A stretch of 56,690 bases of DNA, taken from contig JASMMD010000003.1 of assembly GCA_030748335.1 (NCBI GenBank), positions 1 to 56,690 of the forward strand, read 5' to 3'. The translations under genes were made by a program, and so were the position numbers. How positions within the stretch are numbered: the first letter of the stretch is position 1; each line of letters begins with the position of its first letter. The notes under the pieces are model-generated. The model made no database searches. It saw only the letters and a program-made list of their open reading frames with translations, and was not told the DNA's origin. Shown one piece after another: positions 48,312 through 56,690 of the stretch. The DNA is from Candidatus Thalassarchaeum sp. Lineage in GTDB: Archaea; Thermoplasmatota; Poseidoniia; Poseidoniales; Thalassarchaeaceae.

Positions 48312-49592
48312 ATGTCGGATTGGAGCGCGAAGAATCCATACTCCTCCAATTTGACTGAGAACTTTGTTCTCAACGGCGAGGGCTCGCGCAAGGAGACCCG
48401 CCATATCGTCTTCGACCTAGGGGACTCGGGACTGCAGTACAAGGCCGGTGATGCGCTGGGCGTAATCCCCCGCTGCCCCCCTGATCTGGTCGAGGACGTT
48501 CTGACCTCCTGCGGCTTCTCGGGTGACGAGGAGGTAGACACTCATCTGGGGCTGTGTGGCCTTCGTCAGGCGCTGACGGAGAGGTACGAGATACACAGAA
48601 TATCAAAGAAGTGGATCGAGGGGCTCGGACCGAGGCTGTCATCAGGGGATGCCGACATAGAGATTCGGATCGTGCAACGAAGGAGGGCATCATCGCGAGA
48701 CGGCTCCGTGCTGATGGACTGGCACGGCAGCGGAAGCGAGGACGACGTCCCGGATGGATATGTCGAAATCGGCTCGATCAGCGACCCCGCTGAGACACTC
48801 TGGGCGGAGTTGACTGGCGACAGCAAGGCCATGGAGGATTACATCTGGTCGCGTGACTACATCGACGGTCTCGCGGACTTTGGCCATATCGGATTCACCC
48901 CTCAGCAACTGGTTGACGGCATGGACCGTCTCAAGCCTAGGCTATATTCAATCGCAAGTAGCCCCGACTTCGAGCCGGGCATGGTCCATCTCACAGTCGC
49001 TATCGTACGCTACAACCACCACGACCGCGATCGAGCCGGACTGTGTACCGGATTCATGGCGGACCGCTGCGATATCGGGGAGACCGACATCGGCGTATTC
49101 ATGTCGCCGACCAGATCATTTGTGCTTCCCGAGGACGGGTCGACGGACATCATCATGGTCGGCCCGGGAACTGGAATCGCTCCGTTCAGGGCGTTCTTGC
49201 AGCAGCGTCAGATAGAAGGGGACTCAGGACGAAACTGGTTGTTCTTCGGTGACTGGACCGAGGAGGGAGAGTACCTGTACCGCGACGAGATGGAGGCCTG
49301 GAGGGAGAATGGTTTGATTGACCACCACGACCTTGCATGGTCGCGCGCGGGTCCGGATAAGGTCTACGTCCAGCACTTGATGGAGCAGCACGGTGAAGAG
49401 ATCTGGAACTGGATCGACGGCGGTGCGTACTTCTACGTCTGCGGCGACAAGAACTACATGGCCAGAGACGTCCACTCCACCCTAATCGAAATCTGCTCCG
49501 AGTACGGCGGGATGTCCGAAGAAGAGGCCAAGGAGTACGTCGAGAGCGGCCTGATGAAGACCGAGAAGCGGTATCTACGCGACGTATACTGA
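48312..49592 (+). CDS. FAD/NADPH-binding reductase (CysJ/cytochrome P450 reductase-like, no flavodoxin domain)
   Basis: KETRH, GDALG, PRLYSIASS, GLCT, MVGPGTGIAPFR, WLFFG, KVYVQ, YVCGD and RYLRDVY motifs. Confidence 0.88.
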   Translation: MSDWSAKNPYSSNLTENFVLNGEGSRKETRHIVFDLGDSGLQYKAGDALGVIPRCPPDLVEDVLTSCGFSGDEEVDTHLGLCGLRQALTERYEIHRISKKWIEGLGPRLSSGDADIEIRIVQRRRASSRDGSVLMDWHGSGSEDDVPDGYVEIGSISDPAETLWAELTGDSKAMEDYIWSRDYIDGLADFGHIGFTPQQLVDGMDRLKPRLYSIASSPDFEPGMVHLTVAIVRYNHHDRDRAGLCTGFMADRCDIGETDIGVFMSPTRSFVLPEDGSTDIIMVGPGTGIAPFRAFLQQRQIEGDSGRNWLFFGDWTEEGEYLYRDEMEAWRENGLIDHHDLAWSRAGPDKVYVQHLMEQHGEEIWNWIDGGAYFYVCGDKNYMARDVHSTLIEICSEYGGMSEEEAKEYVESGLMKTEKRYLRDVY

Positions 49593-49637
49593 CGACTCTC
49601 CGCATTGCTCATACGGCGGTTGCCGGAGCGCCTTGCC

Positions 49638-50981
49638 ATGTTCCGCCGCGTACTGATAGCGAATCGCGGCGAAATCGCACTCAGAATACTCCGCTCTCTG
49701 GGTTCGCTGGGAATCGAGGGCGTGGTGGTGCACGGACGTGAGGACAGACTCACTCTGCCTGTCAGGCTGGCAGACGAGGGGGCCTTCATCTCGCGCGACG
49801 ACCCCCTCGCATCCTACCTCGACATAGAGGCTGTGGTCGCGGCTGCCAAGGAGGTGGGAGCGGATGCAGTGCATCCCGGATACGGCTTCCTAGCGGAGAA
49901 CGCCACCCTCGCCGAGAGACTCGCCGAGGAAGGAATCGTATTCATCGGTCCGAGCCCAGAGGTGCTGAGGCTGCTGGGTGACAAGATTTCGGCCAGAGAG
50001 ACGATGGTGAAGGCAGGCTTGCCGGTGGCGAAAGGCTCAGGCAAGCCAATCTCAGACGAGTCCGAGGCGCTCGGTATGGCAGAGGAGATCGGCTACCCGG
50101 TGATGATCAAGGCCGCCGCCGGGGGTGGCGGAATAGGTATGCAAGTGGTAAGCTCGGGGGACGAGTTCGAATCTGCCCTTAGGCTGTGTCAGGGCCGGGC
50201 TCTCTCTGCCTTCGGTGACGACAGGGTGTTCGTCGAGAAGTACATCGACGGCGCGCAACACATCGAGTTCCAGGTGCTGGCTGACGGTTCCAATGCGATT
50301 CACTTCGGCGAGAGATTCTGCTCGATTCAGAGGAGGCATCAGAAGATAATCGAGGAGGGCCCATGGCTCTCCGATGAGGTGCGCGAGGAGCTCGGTGCCA
50401 AGGTAGTGGCCGGAGCGGAGGCGGTCGGCTACAAGGGACTCGCGACCTTTGAGTTCCTGCGAGACGCCGACGGCGAGTTCTACTTCCTTGAAGTGAATCC
50501 GAGAGTACAGGTCGAGCACACGGTCACAGAGATGATTGCCGGGGTGGATTTGGTCTCACTAGGAATCAGGGTCGCGGCAGGAGAGCCCCTACCGATGAGC
50601 CAAGAAGAAGTAAGGATCTCTGGACACGCCATCCAGACGAGGATTAACGCAGAGAATCCCTACACCCTCGAACCATCACCTGGGCGGATATGGGAGTGCC
50701 ATTGGCCTGGGGGCCCAGGCGTGCGCGTGGACACGCACGCTCACACAGGGTATGACATGCCGCCCTCCTTTGACTCCCTGTTGGCCAAGGTAATCGTGTG
50801 GGCGCCAAGTCGCAACGAGGCCATATCCAAGATAGACTCGGCCTTGGCGGAGACAATCATCATCGGTGTCGACACTCTAATCCCGCTCCATCGCGCCATC
50901 CTCAAAGAGACGGACTTCCGCAATAGAGAAGTCACAATAGGATACCTCGATGAGCACCCGGGACTGCTGGGCGGAGCGTGA
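49638..50981 (+). CDS. Biotin carboxylase subunit (acyl-CoA/pyruvate carboxylase)
   Basis: VLIANRGEIA, HPGYGFLAEN, KAAAGGGG.GM, CSIQRRHQK and EVNPRVQVEH motifs. Confidence 0.95.
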   Translation: MFRRVLIANRGEIALRILRSLGSLGIEGVVVHGREDRLTLPVRLADEGAFISRDDPLASYLDIEAVVAAAKEVGADAVHPGYGFLAENATLAERLAEEGIVFIGPSPEVLRLLGDKISARETMVKAGLPVAKGSGKPISDESEALGMAEEIGYPVMIKAAAGGGGIGMQVVSSGDEFESALRLCQGRALSAFGDDRVFVEKYIDGAQHIEFQVLADGSNAIHFGERFCSIQRRHQKIIEEGPWLSDEVREELGAKVVAGAEAVGYKGLATFEFLRDADGEFYFLEVNPRVQVEHTVTEMIAGVDLVSLGIRVAAGEPLPMSQEEVRISGHAIQTRINAENPYTLEPSPGRIWECHWPGGPGVRVDTHAHTGYDMPPSFDSLLAKVIVWAPSRNEAISKIDSALAETIIIGVDTLIPLHRAILKETDFRNREVTIGYLDEHPGLLGGA

Positions 50982-50985
50982 TAGC

Positions 50986-51948
50986 GTGGAGATGGTGATT
51001 GTCGGGAGCATAGGCTTCGACGACATCGACACTCCAGAGGCCAGCGGCTCGGACCTGCTCGGAGGGGCCGCCACTCACGCTGGCCTAGCTTCCGGGTTCC
51101 ACCTCCCCTTGACCCCACGCAAGCCACCCAGGGTTGGACTTGTTAGCGCGGTTGGCACCGATTTTCCGCAGGGAGCCCAGGAGATACTCGAGGACTCCGG
51201 GCTGAACCTAGCGGGGGTAGTCAGAAGGGACGGGGACACGTTTCGTTGGGCTGGCAGGTATGAGGGCTCGATGGAAGACGTCCAGACCATATCCACCGAG
51301 GTCAACGTGCTCGAGGACTTCATGCCGGAGGTGCCCCAGTCGTGGAGGTCGCCCGAGGTCCTGCTCTGCGCCAACACACACCCGCGTACACAGGTTTCCG
51401 TTCTCGACCAGTGCCCTAGCGCGGTGGTGACCGCCTTGGACTCGTTCATGCTCTGGATAGAGACCGAGTTCGAGTTGCTCTCCGAGGCGCTGCGCAAGGT
51501 CGACATAGCCATCCTCAACGAAGAGGAGGTTTGTTCTCTAGCTGGCGAGGACGTCCTTCACAGGGCAGTGGAGGCGATACGCTCCGGCAAGGCTCTGTAT
51601 GGGGGGGCGGAGGCTGGGACGGGCCCTCGGAGCATGGTAATCAAGCGCGGTGGCAGTGGCTCTGTAGCCTACCTGCCCTGTGGCACCATCACACTGCCCG
51701 CGTACCCTACCGACGACTTGGTCGACCCGACGGGGGCGGGCGACTCGTTCGCGGGCGCCCTGCTGGCCAACGTGGCCGGCAGGAAGGGTGCGTTGAACCA
51801 GGCTGAGACGATGCGAAACGCCTTGGTCCACGCTACGGTGACGGCGTCCTTCACCATTGAGGGCCTTGGCGCATCTGCTCTGTACCGCCTCGAGAGGGGC
51901 AAGTACCATGCTAGGGCGGACAAGTATCGTAGAATGGTCGGACTCTAA
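50986..51948 (+). CDS. PfkB-family carbohydrate/nucleoside kinase
   Basis: VGSIGFD, GGAA, VG.DF, N.EE and DPTGAGDSFAG motifs. Confidence 0.9.
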   Translation: MEMVIVGSIGFDDIDTPEASGSDLLGGAATHAGLASGFHLPLTPRKPPRVGLVSAVGTDFPQGAQEILEDSGLNLAGVVRRDGDTFRWAGRYEGSMEDVQTISTEVNVLEDFMPEVPQSWRSPEVLLCANTHPRTQVSVLDQCPSAVVTALDSFMLWIETEFELLSEALRKVDIAILNEEEVCSLAGEDVLHRAVEAIRSGKALYGGAEAGTGPRSMVIKRGGSGSVAYLPCGTITLPAYPTDDLVDPTGAGDSFAGALLANVAGRKGALNQAETMRNALVHATVTASFTIEGLGASALYRLERGKYHARADKYRRMVGL

Positions 51949-53724
51949 TCACTCGAGCCGCCTGATTCCTGGAAGTGGGTGAGGGTCTCCCTTGGACGAG
52001 GTCCTCCTCAGTTGAGAGAATCTGAGTCCACCCTCTTGGTCGGTCAGCTCGATGGGTGCGCGATCCTCTCCTCCCGATACCCGGTCCACCAGACGATCCA
52101 TCACGTCCTTGGCCGAGGCCGGGGGATTGTCCGGACTCTGCCTAGCCCTTACCGCCAAGTCAGCTTGGTGATCCTGGTCGCTGCGCAGACGGATGTGCTG
52201 CGACGACAGGAACCTCGATTCAGACCGTGCCTCCTGCCCGTCCTCGTCACCGTACTCGGAGGCGTAGGTGCTGTCCGTGTTGCGGATCGCGGGGGTGGTC
52301 GCGCCCAGCAGGGCGCTGATCCAGCCCGGCCTTCGGGAAACCTTCCTCCTCGGCGCCCTGACTCTACCTGAGTTCATCGAAGTGGCGATTCTGGAAAGTC
52401 CGGGAAATTCCTCTAGACTTGAGGCATCAAGCACCGGGGACTGGTGCATCTCCCCGCTCCCCAGCAACGCCTGCCTCGCACGTGCCTGTTTGACGACGCC
52501 CGGCCGACACTCCTCGCGTATGGCCGAATCCGTAGGGGCCGGCAGGCTTGGCCCTGTGTAGGGACCGGTCTCGCCAAACCTGTTCTGAGCCCGCCTTATC
52601 ATTTGGGAGCTGGTAGGCTGTCTCGATTCGACGGCCGGAGGGTCTGCTGCGTTGATGTAGCCCCCGGCCTCGGGAGCAGGGTGACTCGCCATTGGCTGTG
52701 GGGTCGTGGGAGGTGAGTAGCTGGCCGGCGGCTCCGCATCGAAGATGCCGCCTTCGCCGAACAGGTCCATTCCTACGGCAGCCTCGCCTAGAGCTGAGTC
52801 TATCCTGCTGCCGACAGCCTTCTCCTCATACCACGGGGGAGACTCCTCCCTTCCCCAGGCCCTCTCGTAAGCCGAACGGCCCCCCTCTTGGGGTGCAGGC
52901 GGTGACTCGTATATCGGGACAGGATCCGCCGCAACATTGGACTCCCAGGGGAAGATTGGCTCCGTATCAGCAGCCGTGGGAGCAGTGGGGACCGGTGGTG
53001 GCGGAGCCGAAAAGCCGGTGAAGAGAGGTTCAGGTTCAGGCTCCGGAACTGTGGCGAGAATAGATTCCTCCTCGGGTGCGCCAAGCAACCCCTTTGGCTC
53101 GGGTAGCCCTCCGCTGGCGTCAGTGAACGCCGGGTACGCAGGAAGTTCCGCATCGATGTGCTCCAGCCCCATGCGGGCCTCCTCGATCGTACTACCGTGA
53201 CGGACCCTGTCCACCATCAGGCAGAGCCTGAGCAGCACCCCCTCGCTGCCGGAGATGATGTGACGATCCCCGGCCTCCGTCTCCACGGCTAGGACCGAGG
53301 TCCGCGAAAGCACGTAGCCCAGAAGCGTCAACGAACCCCCTACCATCGCGACCATCGCGTACGGCGGCATCAGGACGCTCGCGCCGAGGTAGATGGCCAG
53401 CAATCCTAGAGGGATTGCACCCGAGGGGAACAATGGGACCTTCATGTGGCGCATTCTTGAAATCGAGGCTAAGGAGAGTCGGATGCCATGCCCGTCGAAC
53501 CTCTCCAGTGTCAGCTGACGCTTGGTGAGGACCGCTACAAACCTCCCTCCAGACCCGACCAGACTAAGATTGCCGAACAGTTCCGACTTTCCCTCATCTC
53601 GGTCGGGCGTAAGCCCGACTGAATACATCCCGAAGTTCCAGCAGTTCTGATTGGCTATAACTGCTCGGGGTGCCGAGTGCTCGCGCGCGCCCCTTACGCG
53701 CACACGAGTAGGACGCCGAAACAC
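51949..53724 (-). CDS. Hypothetical protein with two N-terminal TM helices and a long low-complexity Pro-rich region
   Basis: Long ORF filling the gap; true start uncertain (possibly about 53628). Confidence 0.65.
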   Translation of the reverse strand: MFRRPTRVRVRGAREHSAPRAVIANQNCWNFGMYSVGLTPDRDEGKSELFGNLSLVGSGGRFVAVLTKRQLTLERFDGHGIRLSLASISRMRHMKVPLFPSGAIPLGLLAIYLGASVLMPPYAMVAMVGGSLTLLGYVLSRTSVLAVETEAGDRHIISGSEGVLLRLCLMVDRVRHGSTIEEARMGLEHIDAELPAYPAFTDASGGLPEPKGLLGAPEEESILATVPEPEPEPLFTGFSAPPPPVPTAPTAADTEPIFPWESNVAADPVPIYESPPAPQEGGRSAYERAWGREESPPWYEEKAVGSRIDSALGEAAVGMDLFGEGGIFDAEPPASYSPPTTPQPMASHPAPEAGGYINAADPPAVESRQPTSSQMIRRAQNRFGETGPYTGPSLPAPTDSAIREECRPGVVKQARARQALLGSGEMHQSPVLDASSLEEFPGLSRIATSMNSGRVRAPRRKVSRRPGWISALLGATTPAIRNTDSTYASEYGDEDGQEARSESRFLSSQHIRLRSDQDHQADLAVRARQSPDNPPASAKDVMDRLVDRVSGGEDRAPIELTDQEGGLRFSQLRRTSSKGDPHPLPGIRRLE

Positions 53725-53756
53725 GCCCCTAAGTCATATTATCAGAACACCGCTGC

Positions 53757-54206
53757 TCATCCCATAGCGTCGCGGGCGGCTTGTGCCCTGTTCCACAGTC
53801 CCTTCTCCTCGTCCGTGGATGGCGAGAATTGCGGGATTTCCGTCGGACTCATCTCAGAGTCGACTGCAACCATGAAGAAGAAGCCAGAGCAAATCTCCTC
53901 GCCCTCCCACTCAGAGCGCGAGAGTCGGCATGAGATCACATGAACGCCAGCGGTGTGCGGCGAGGTCCAGACGACCCTCGAGGTGGTGCGGATGATGTCC
54001 CCCTGATAGGCCGGTCTGCGGAACTTGAGAGCGTCGACGGACACGGTCACGAATTCCTTGTGCGCATACTTGCTCGAAACCATACCGGCAGCGGTATCCA
54101 TAATCGACATCAGACGACCCCCGTATAGAGTATCCATCGAGTTGGTATGTCCAGGAAACACTTCGTTCAGCAGCACGACGGGCTCGAGGGAGTAGGGTTC
54201 GGACAT
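53757..54206 (-). CDS. Acyl-CoA thioesterase (hotdog fold, YciA-like)
   Basis: VFP.HTN...TLYGG.LM..MD, VTVSVD...F..P motifs. Confidence 0.88.
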   Translation of the reverse strand: MSEPYSLEPVVLLNEVFPGHTNSMDTLYGGRLMSIMDTAAGMVSSKYAHKEFVTVSVDALKFRRPAYQGDIIRTTSRVVWTSPHTAGVHVISCRLSRSEWEGEEICSGFFFMVAVDSEMSPTEIPQFSPSTDEEKGLWNRAQAARDAMG

Positions 54207-54262
54207 GACTCTCAAACGGTCTCGAGAGCCCACCCCCCTTCAATCCTACATTTCGGCAATCT

Positions 54263-55120
54263 TTGTTGAATCGGTTCTTTGACCGTTGTCTTCAATCGAG
54301 GGTGGCCGCTCGCAGCCCCGTGGAAGTGCCACAGCTGCGTTGGAATCCGACCGTCTTAGACGACCCCGACGGAGGCCGCATCGTGTTGTGGCCGCACCTC
54401 CCTTGCGTTCGCATGCCGAACTCACTGAGGTACCGGGAATCGTGGGACGGCCTCGCACTGCTGTTCAGCCTCAGCGATCTCAGTGGGTGGAGGCATGACG
54501 AGAAGCAGGACAGGGAGAGCCCCGGCGTGCACATCGAGGCCGCCATAGCCTCGGGAACAGTGCTGGGGCGGCTGATGAAGGACCTGCAGGAGTACGACGT
54601 CGATGGCCCGAAGATTCCCGATCCGGAGCAGGTCCGACTACTGTTTCACGCCGACAATGCTAGGGGCGGCATGCCAATCTACGCCATCGAGCCGGAGTTG
54701 GATGACTCGGACTGGGCGGATTGGGAGGGTAGGAGCGCCGACGAGAAGTCGCGGGTGTCCAATCTGCTAGCGACCCTAACAACCTCGCGTCGCTGGCGCA
54801 AGACCCGCTCGGCGGCGGTTCAGATGGTCGAGAGGCCGAATGACGCGGACCCAGACCTAGGGGCCGCTGCGGCATCATGCGCGGCTTGGTGGATTGAGGA
54901 GCAGGGGGCCTTGACAGCCGAGCTATTATCGGAGCGCAACAACCGCTTCGCCTCCCGTTTGAGGGGCGCACTCGCAGAATTGAGGAACAGCAGGGTTGAT
55001 GATGCGGAGGCATCTGACTCTACCTTGCTGGTACCGGTCCACCAAGCATGGCTGCCCTCCTTGGAGGCTGCAGTCGCTGCTTGGCCGGACCTGGAACCGG
55101 TGAGCAGGGAGGAGAGATGA
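54263..55120 (+). CDS. Hypothetical protein
   Basis: Long ORF, ATGA-coupled to the next gene; start uncertain. Confidence 0.65.
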   Translation: MLNRFFDRCLQSRVAARSPVEVPQLRWNPTVLDDPDGGRIVLWPHLPCVRMPNSLRYRESWDGLALLFSLSDLSGWRHDEKQDRESPGVHIEAAIASGTVLGRLMKDLQEYDVDGPKIPDPEQVRLLFHADNARGGMPIYAIEPELDDSDWADWEGRSADEKSRVSNLLATLTTSRRWRKTRSAAVQMVERPNDADPDLGAAAASCAAWWIEEQGALTAELLSERNNRFASRLRGALAELRNSRVDDAEASDSTLLVPVHQAWLPSLEAAVAAWPDLEPVSREER

Positions 55121-55647
55121 TGGAGGAAGGCAGGATAGTGGTCGCGATTGAGACCCAGACATTCAGGTTCACTCCATCGTCGCCGATTGACCATCAGGAT
55201 GCCGTGTCGATGGCCGGTGGCACGAGGAGCGGCCCCTATGTCGTGGTGAGCCACGAGCAGCCCCGAGCCACCTTCGTCGTGGAGCCGGAGGGTTCCGTGC
55301 TCGTGCACGGCATCGCCAGAGCCGAGGTCGCGAGAATCGCCATTCAGGAGTTGCTGCTGACGCTGGGGATGTCTGAGGAGAACCTGACGATGGAGATGGG
55401 AGGTATGCTGATTAGGTTCTCAATGGGCAGGGCGGTGATGATCGAGCTTGCAGCCGAGAGGTTCGCCGACATCGAGTTCGACGATAGGCTAGGGGCCCTG
55501 AGAATCAACGCCGCGCTGCACAACGCACAGATTCTGCTGTTCAACAACGGCCTTGGTGTCGTACTGGGCCAGTCCTCAAAGAAGATTGCCGAGATGGCGG
55601 TGCGGCACTGGGCAGGACTTCTCGACGAAGAGGGAGCCCTAGCGTGA
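55117..55647 (+). CDS. Divergent TATA-binding-protein-fold protein
   Basis: Two repeats, PRATFVVEPEGSVLVHG..R.E.A..A...L...L and NAQILLFNNGLGVVLG..S...A..A, matching the TBP PK.T.LIF.SGK.V.TG repeat. Confidence 0.6.
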   Translation: MMEEGRIVVAIETQTFRFTPSSPIDHQDAVSMAGGTRSGPYVVVSHEQPRATFVVEPEGSVLVHGIARAEVARIAIQELLLTLGMSEENLTMEMGGMLIRFSMGRAVMIELAAERFADIEFDDRLGALRINAALHNAQILLFNNGLGVVLGQSSKKIAEMAVRHWAGLLDEEGALA

Positions 55648-55651
55648 GAGC

Positions 55652-56536
55652 ATGCTGACGGACGGGCGCTGGAAAGGCCCCATCCTCGACCAGCACATGC
55701 ATCTGGATAGGTCCAACAGGTTCCTCGACGCGGTTTCTGAATTCTCCCGGGCTGGAGGCACCGGGATTATGCTCGTCCACAAGCCCGGCTTCTCCTCAGA
55801 ACTGCCCACCGACCTAGACGGATATCGGGCAGCCTACTCGGAAACACTCTCGATGGCTGAGGAGGTCAGGGCGTCAGGGATAGAAGCAGGAGTCATACTG
55901 GGCCCGCATCCAGTGGCATGGGAGCACCAGATTGAGCCGCTCGGCCTGGCGAGAGCGACCGAACTCCATCTAGAGGCTGTGGGCTTGGCGCTAGACCACA
56001 TCGAGGCCGGTAATGCCGTCTGCCTTGGTGAGGTCGGCAGGCCACACTACCCGGTCTCCGACGAGACCTGGGAAGCTGCCAATGACATGCTCAGGGAGAT
56101 TATGGTCATGGCCGCTGCAGCGGGCACATCGGTACAGTTGCACGTTGAGGACAACGGTGCAGTCACTTACCGAGAGATTGCCGCGCTTTGCGACGATGCA
56201 GGCCTCGCCAGGGACAGAGCAATCCGCCACTATGCGCCCGCCGATGTCGGGGCTGACTTCACGCACGGCCTCGCTGCGACAGTCAGCGTGGGCAGTAGCA
56301 GCGTGGAGACGATTGCGGCCACCGCTACAAGCGCCAACGCTCCCTGGGGGATGGAGACCGACTTCCTCGACGATCCGCGTAGGCCTGGCGCAGTGCTTGG
56401 GCCCAAGATTGTCCCCAAGCGCACGCAACAACTGTGCTCCGCGTTGCTGGAGGCAAATTGGGAAGAGGAAGAGGTCAGCGATTTGATGACGAAGATTCAC
56501 AGCGACTGGCCCTCACGGCTTTACTCTACTCAGTAA
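55652..56536 (+). CDS. TatD-family hydrolase
   Basis: DQHMH, GPHP, GEVGRPHY, QLHVE, RHY and METDFLDDP.RPGAVLGP motifs. Confidence 0.9.
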   Translation: MLTDGRWKGPILDQHMHLDRSNRFLDAVSEFSRAGGTGIMLVHKPGFSSELPTDLDGYRAAYSETLSMAEEVRASGIEAGVILGPHPVAWEHQIEPLGLARATELHLEAVGLALDHIEAGNAVCLGEVGRPHYPVSDETWEAANDMLREIMVMAAAAGTSVQLHVEDNGAVTYREIAALCDDAGLARDRAIRHYAPADVGADFTHGLAATVSVGSSSVETIAATATSANAPWGMETDFLDDPRRPGAVLGPKIVPKRTQQLCSALLEANWEEEEVSDLMTKIHSDWPSRLYSTQ

Positions 56537-56690
56537 TTCGTTGGATTCTAGGGCCGATTAGCAACCCCGCCCCCACCACGAACAGAACTAGGGTCAGGAA
56601 GAATCCCTGGAATTCCCCCAGCGGGACCTCGTATCCGAGTTCCGAGAGCACCATCCTCCACAACGGGCCGTTGATTGGCATGAACATGAG
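56526..56690 (-). CDS. 3' end of a small membrane protein (partial)
   Basis: Open frame ...LMFMPINGPLWR...GFFLTLVLFVVGAGLLIGPRIQRITE* running off the window. Confidence 0.55.
   Translation of the reverse strand, partial: LMFMPINGPLWRMVLSELGYEVPLGEFQGFFLTLVLFVVGAGLLIGPRIQRITE

Overview
Gene-dense archaeal chromosome fragment, most likely Marine Group II (Poseidoniales, Thermoplasmatota). This assignment is inferred from a thermosome subunit, Cdc6/Orc1, Bud32, an archaeal CoaD-DPCK fusion, acidic secreted proteins and bacterial-type DnaK/GlpX. Most of the window is housekeeping or heterotrophic metabolism, plus three tRNAs (Gly-GCC, Gly-CCC, Pro-CGG). The standout region is a lower-GC block at about 25.1-33.5 kb. 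It carries a cupredoxin-fused copper nitrite reductase (nirK), a coxC-coxB-coxA heme-copper oxidase, a CBS protein and an HTH-10 regulator. The oxidase subunit I is fused to an extracellular CxCH/Reeler-like domain, a stand-alone paralog of that domain follows, and the K proton channel is systematically lost. CGAA-N4-TTCG palindromes recur upstream of these units, suggesting a co-regulated nitrite/NO (low-oxygen) respiratory module. The block sits between a BoxB-like aryl-CoA epoxidase and its probable partner crotonase. A second highlight is an intergenic RNA of about 295 nt (43.8-44.1 kb) with three K-turn hairpins that looks like a three-guide H/ACA sRNA inside a long closing helix. A highly divergent TBP-fold protein is also present. 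All product calls rest on motif recognition only; no database searches were run.
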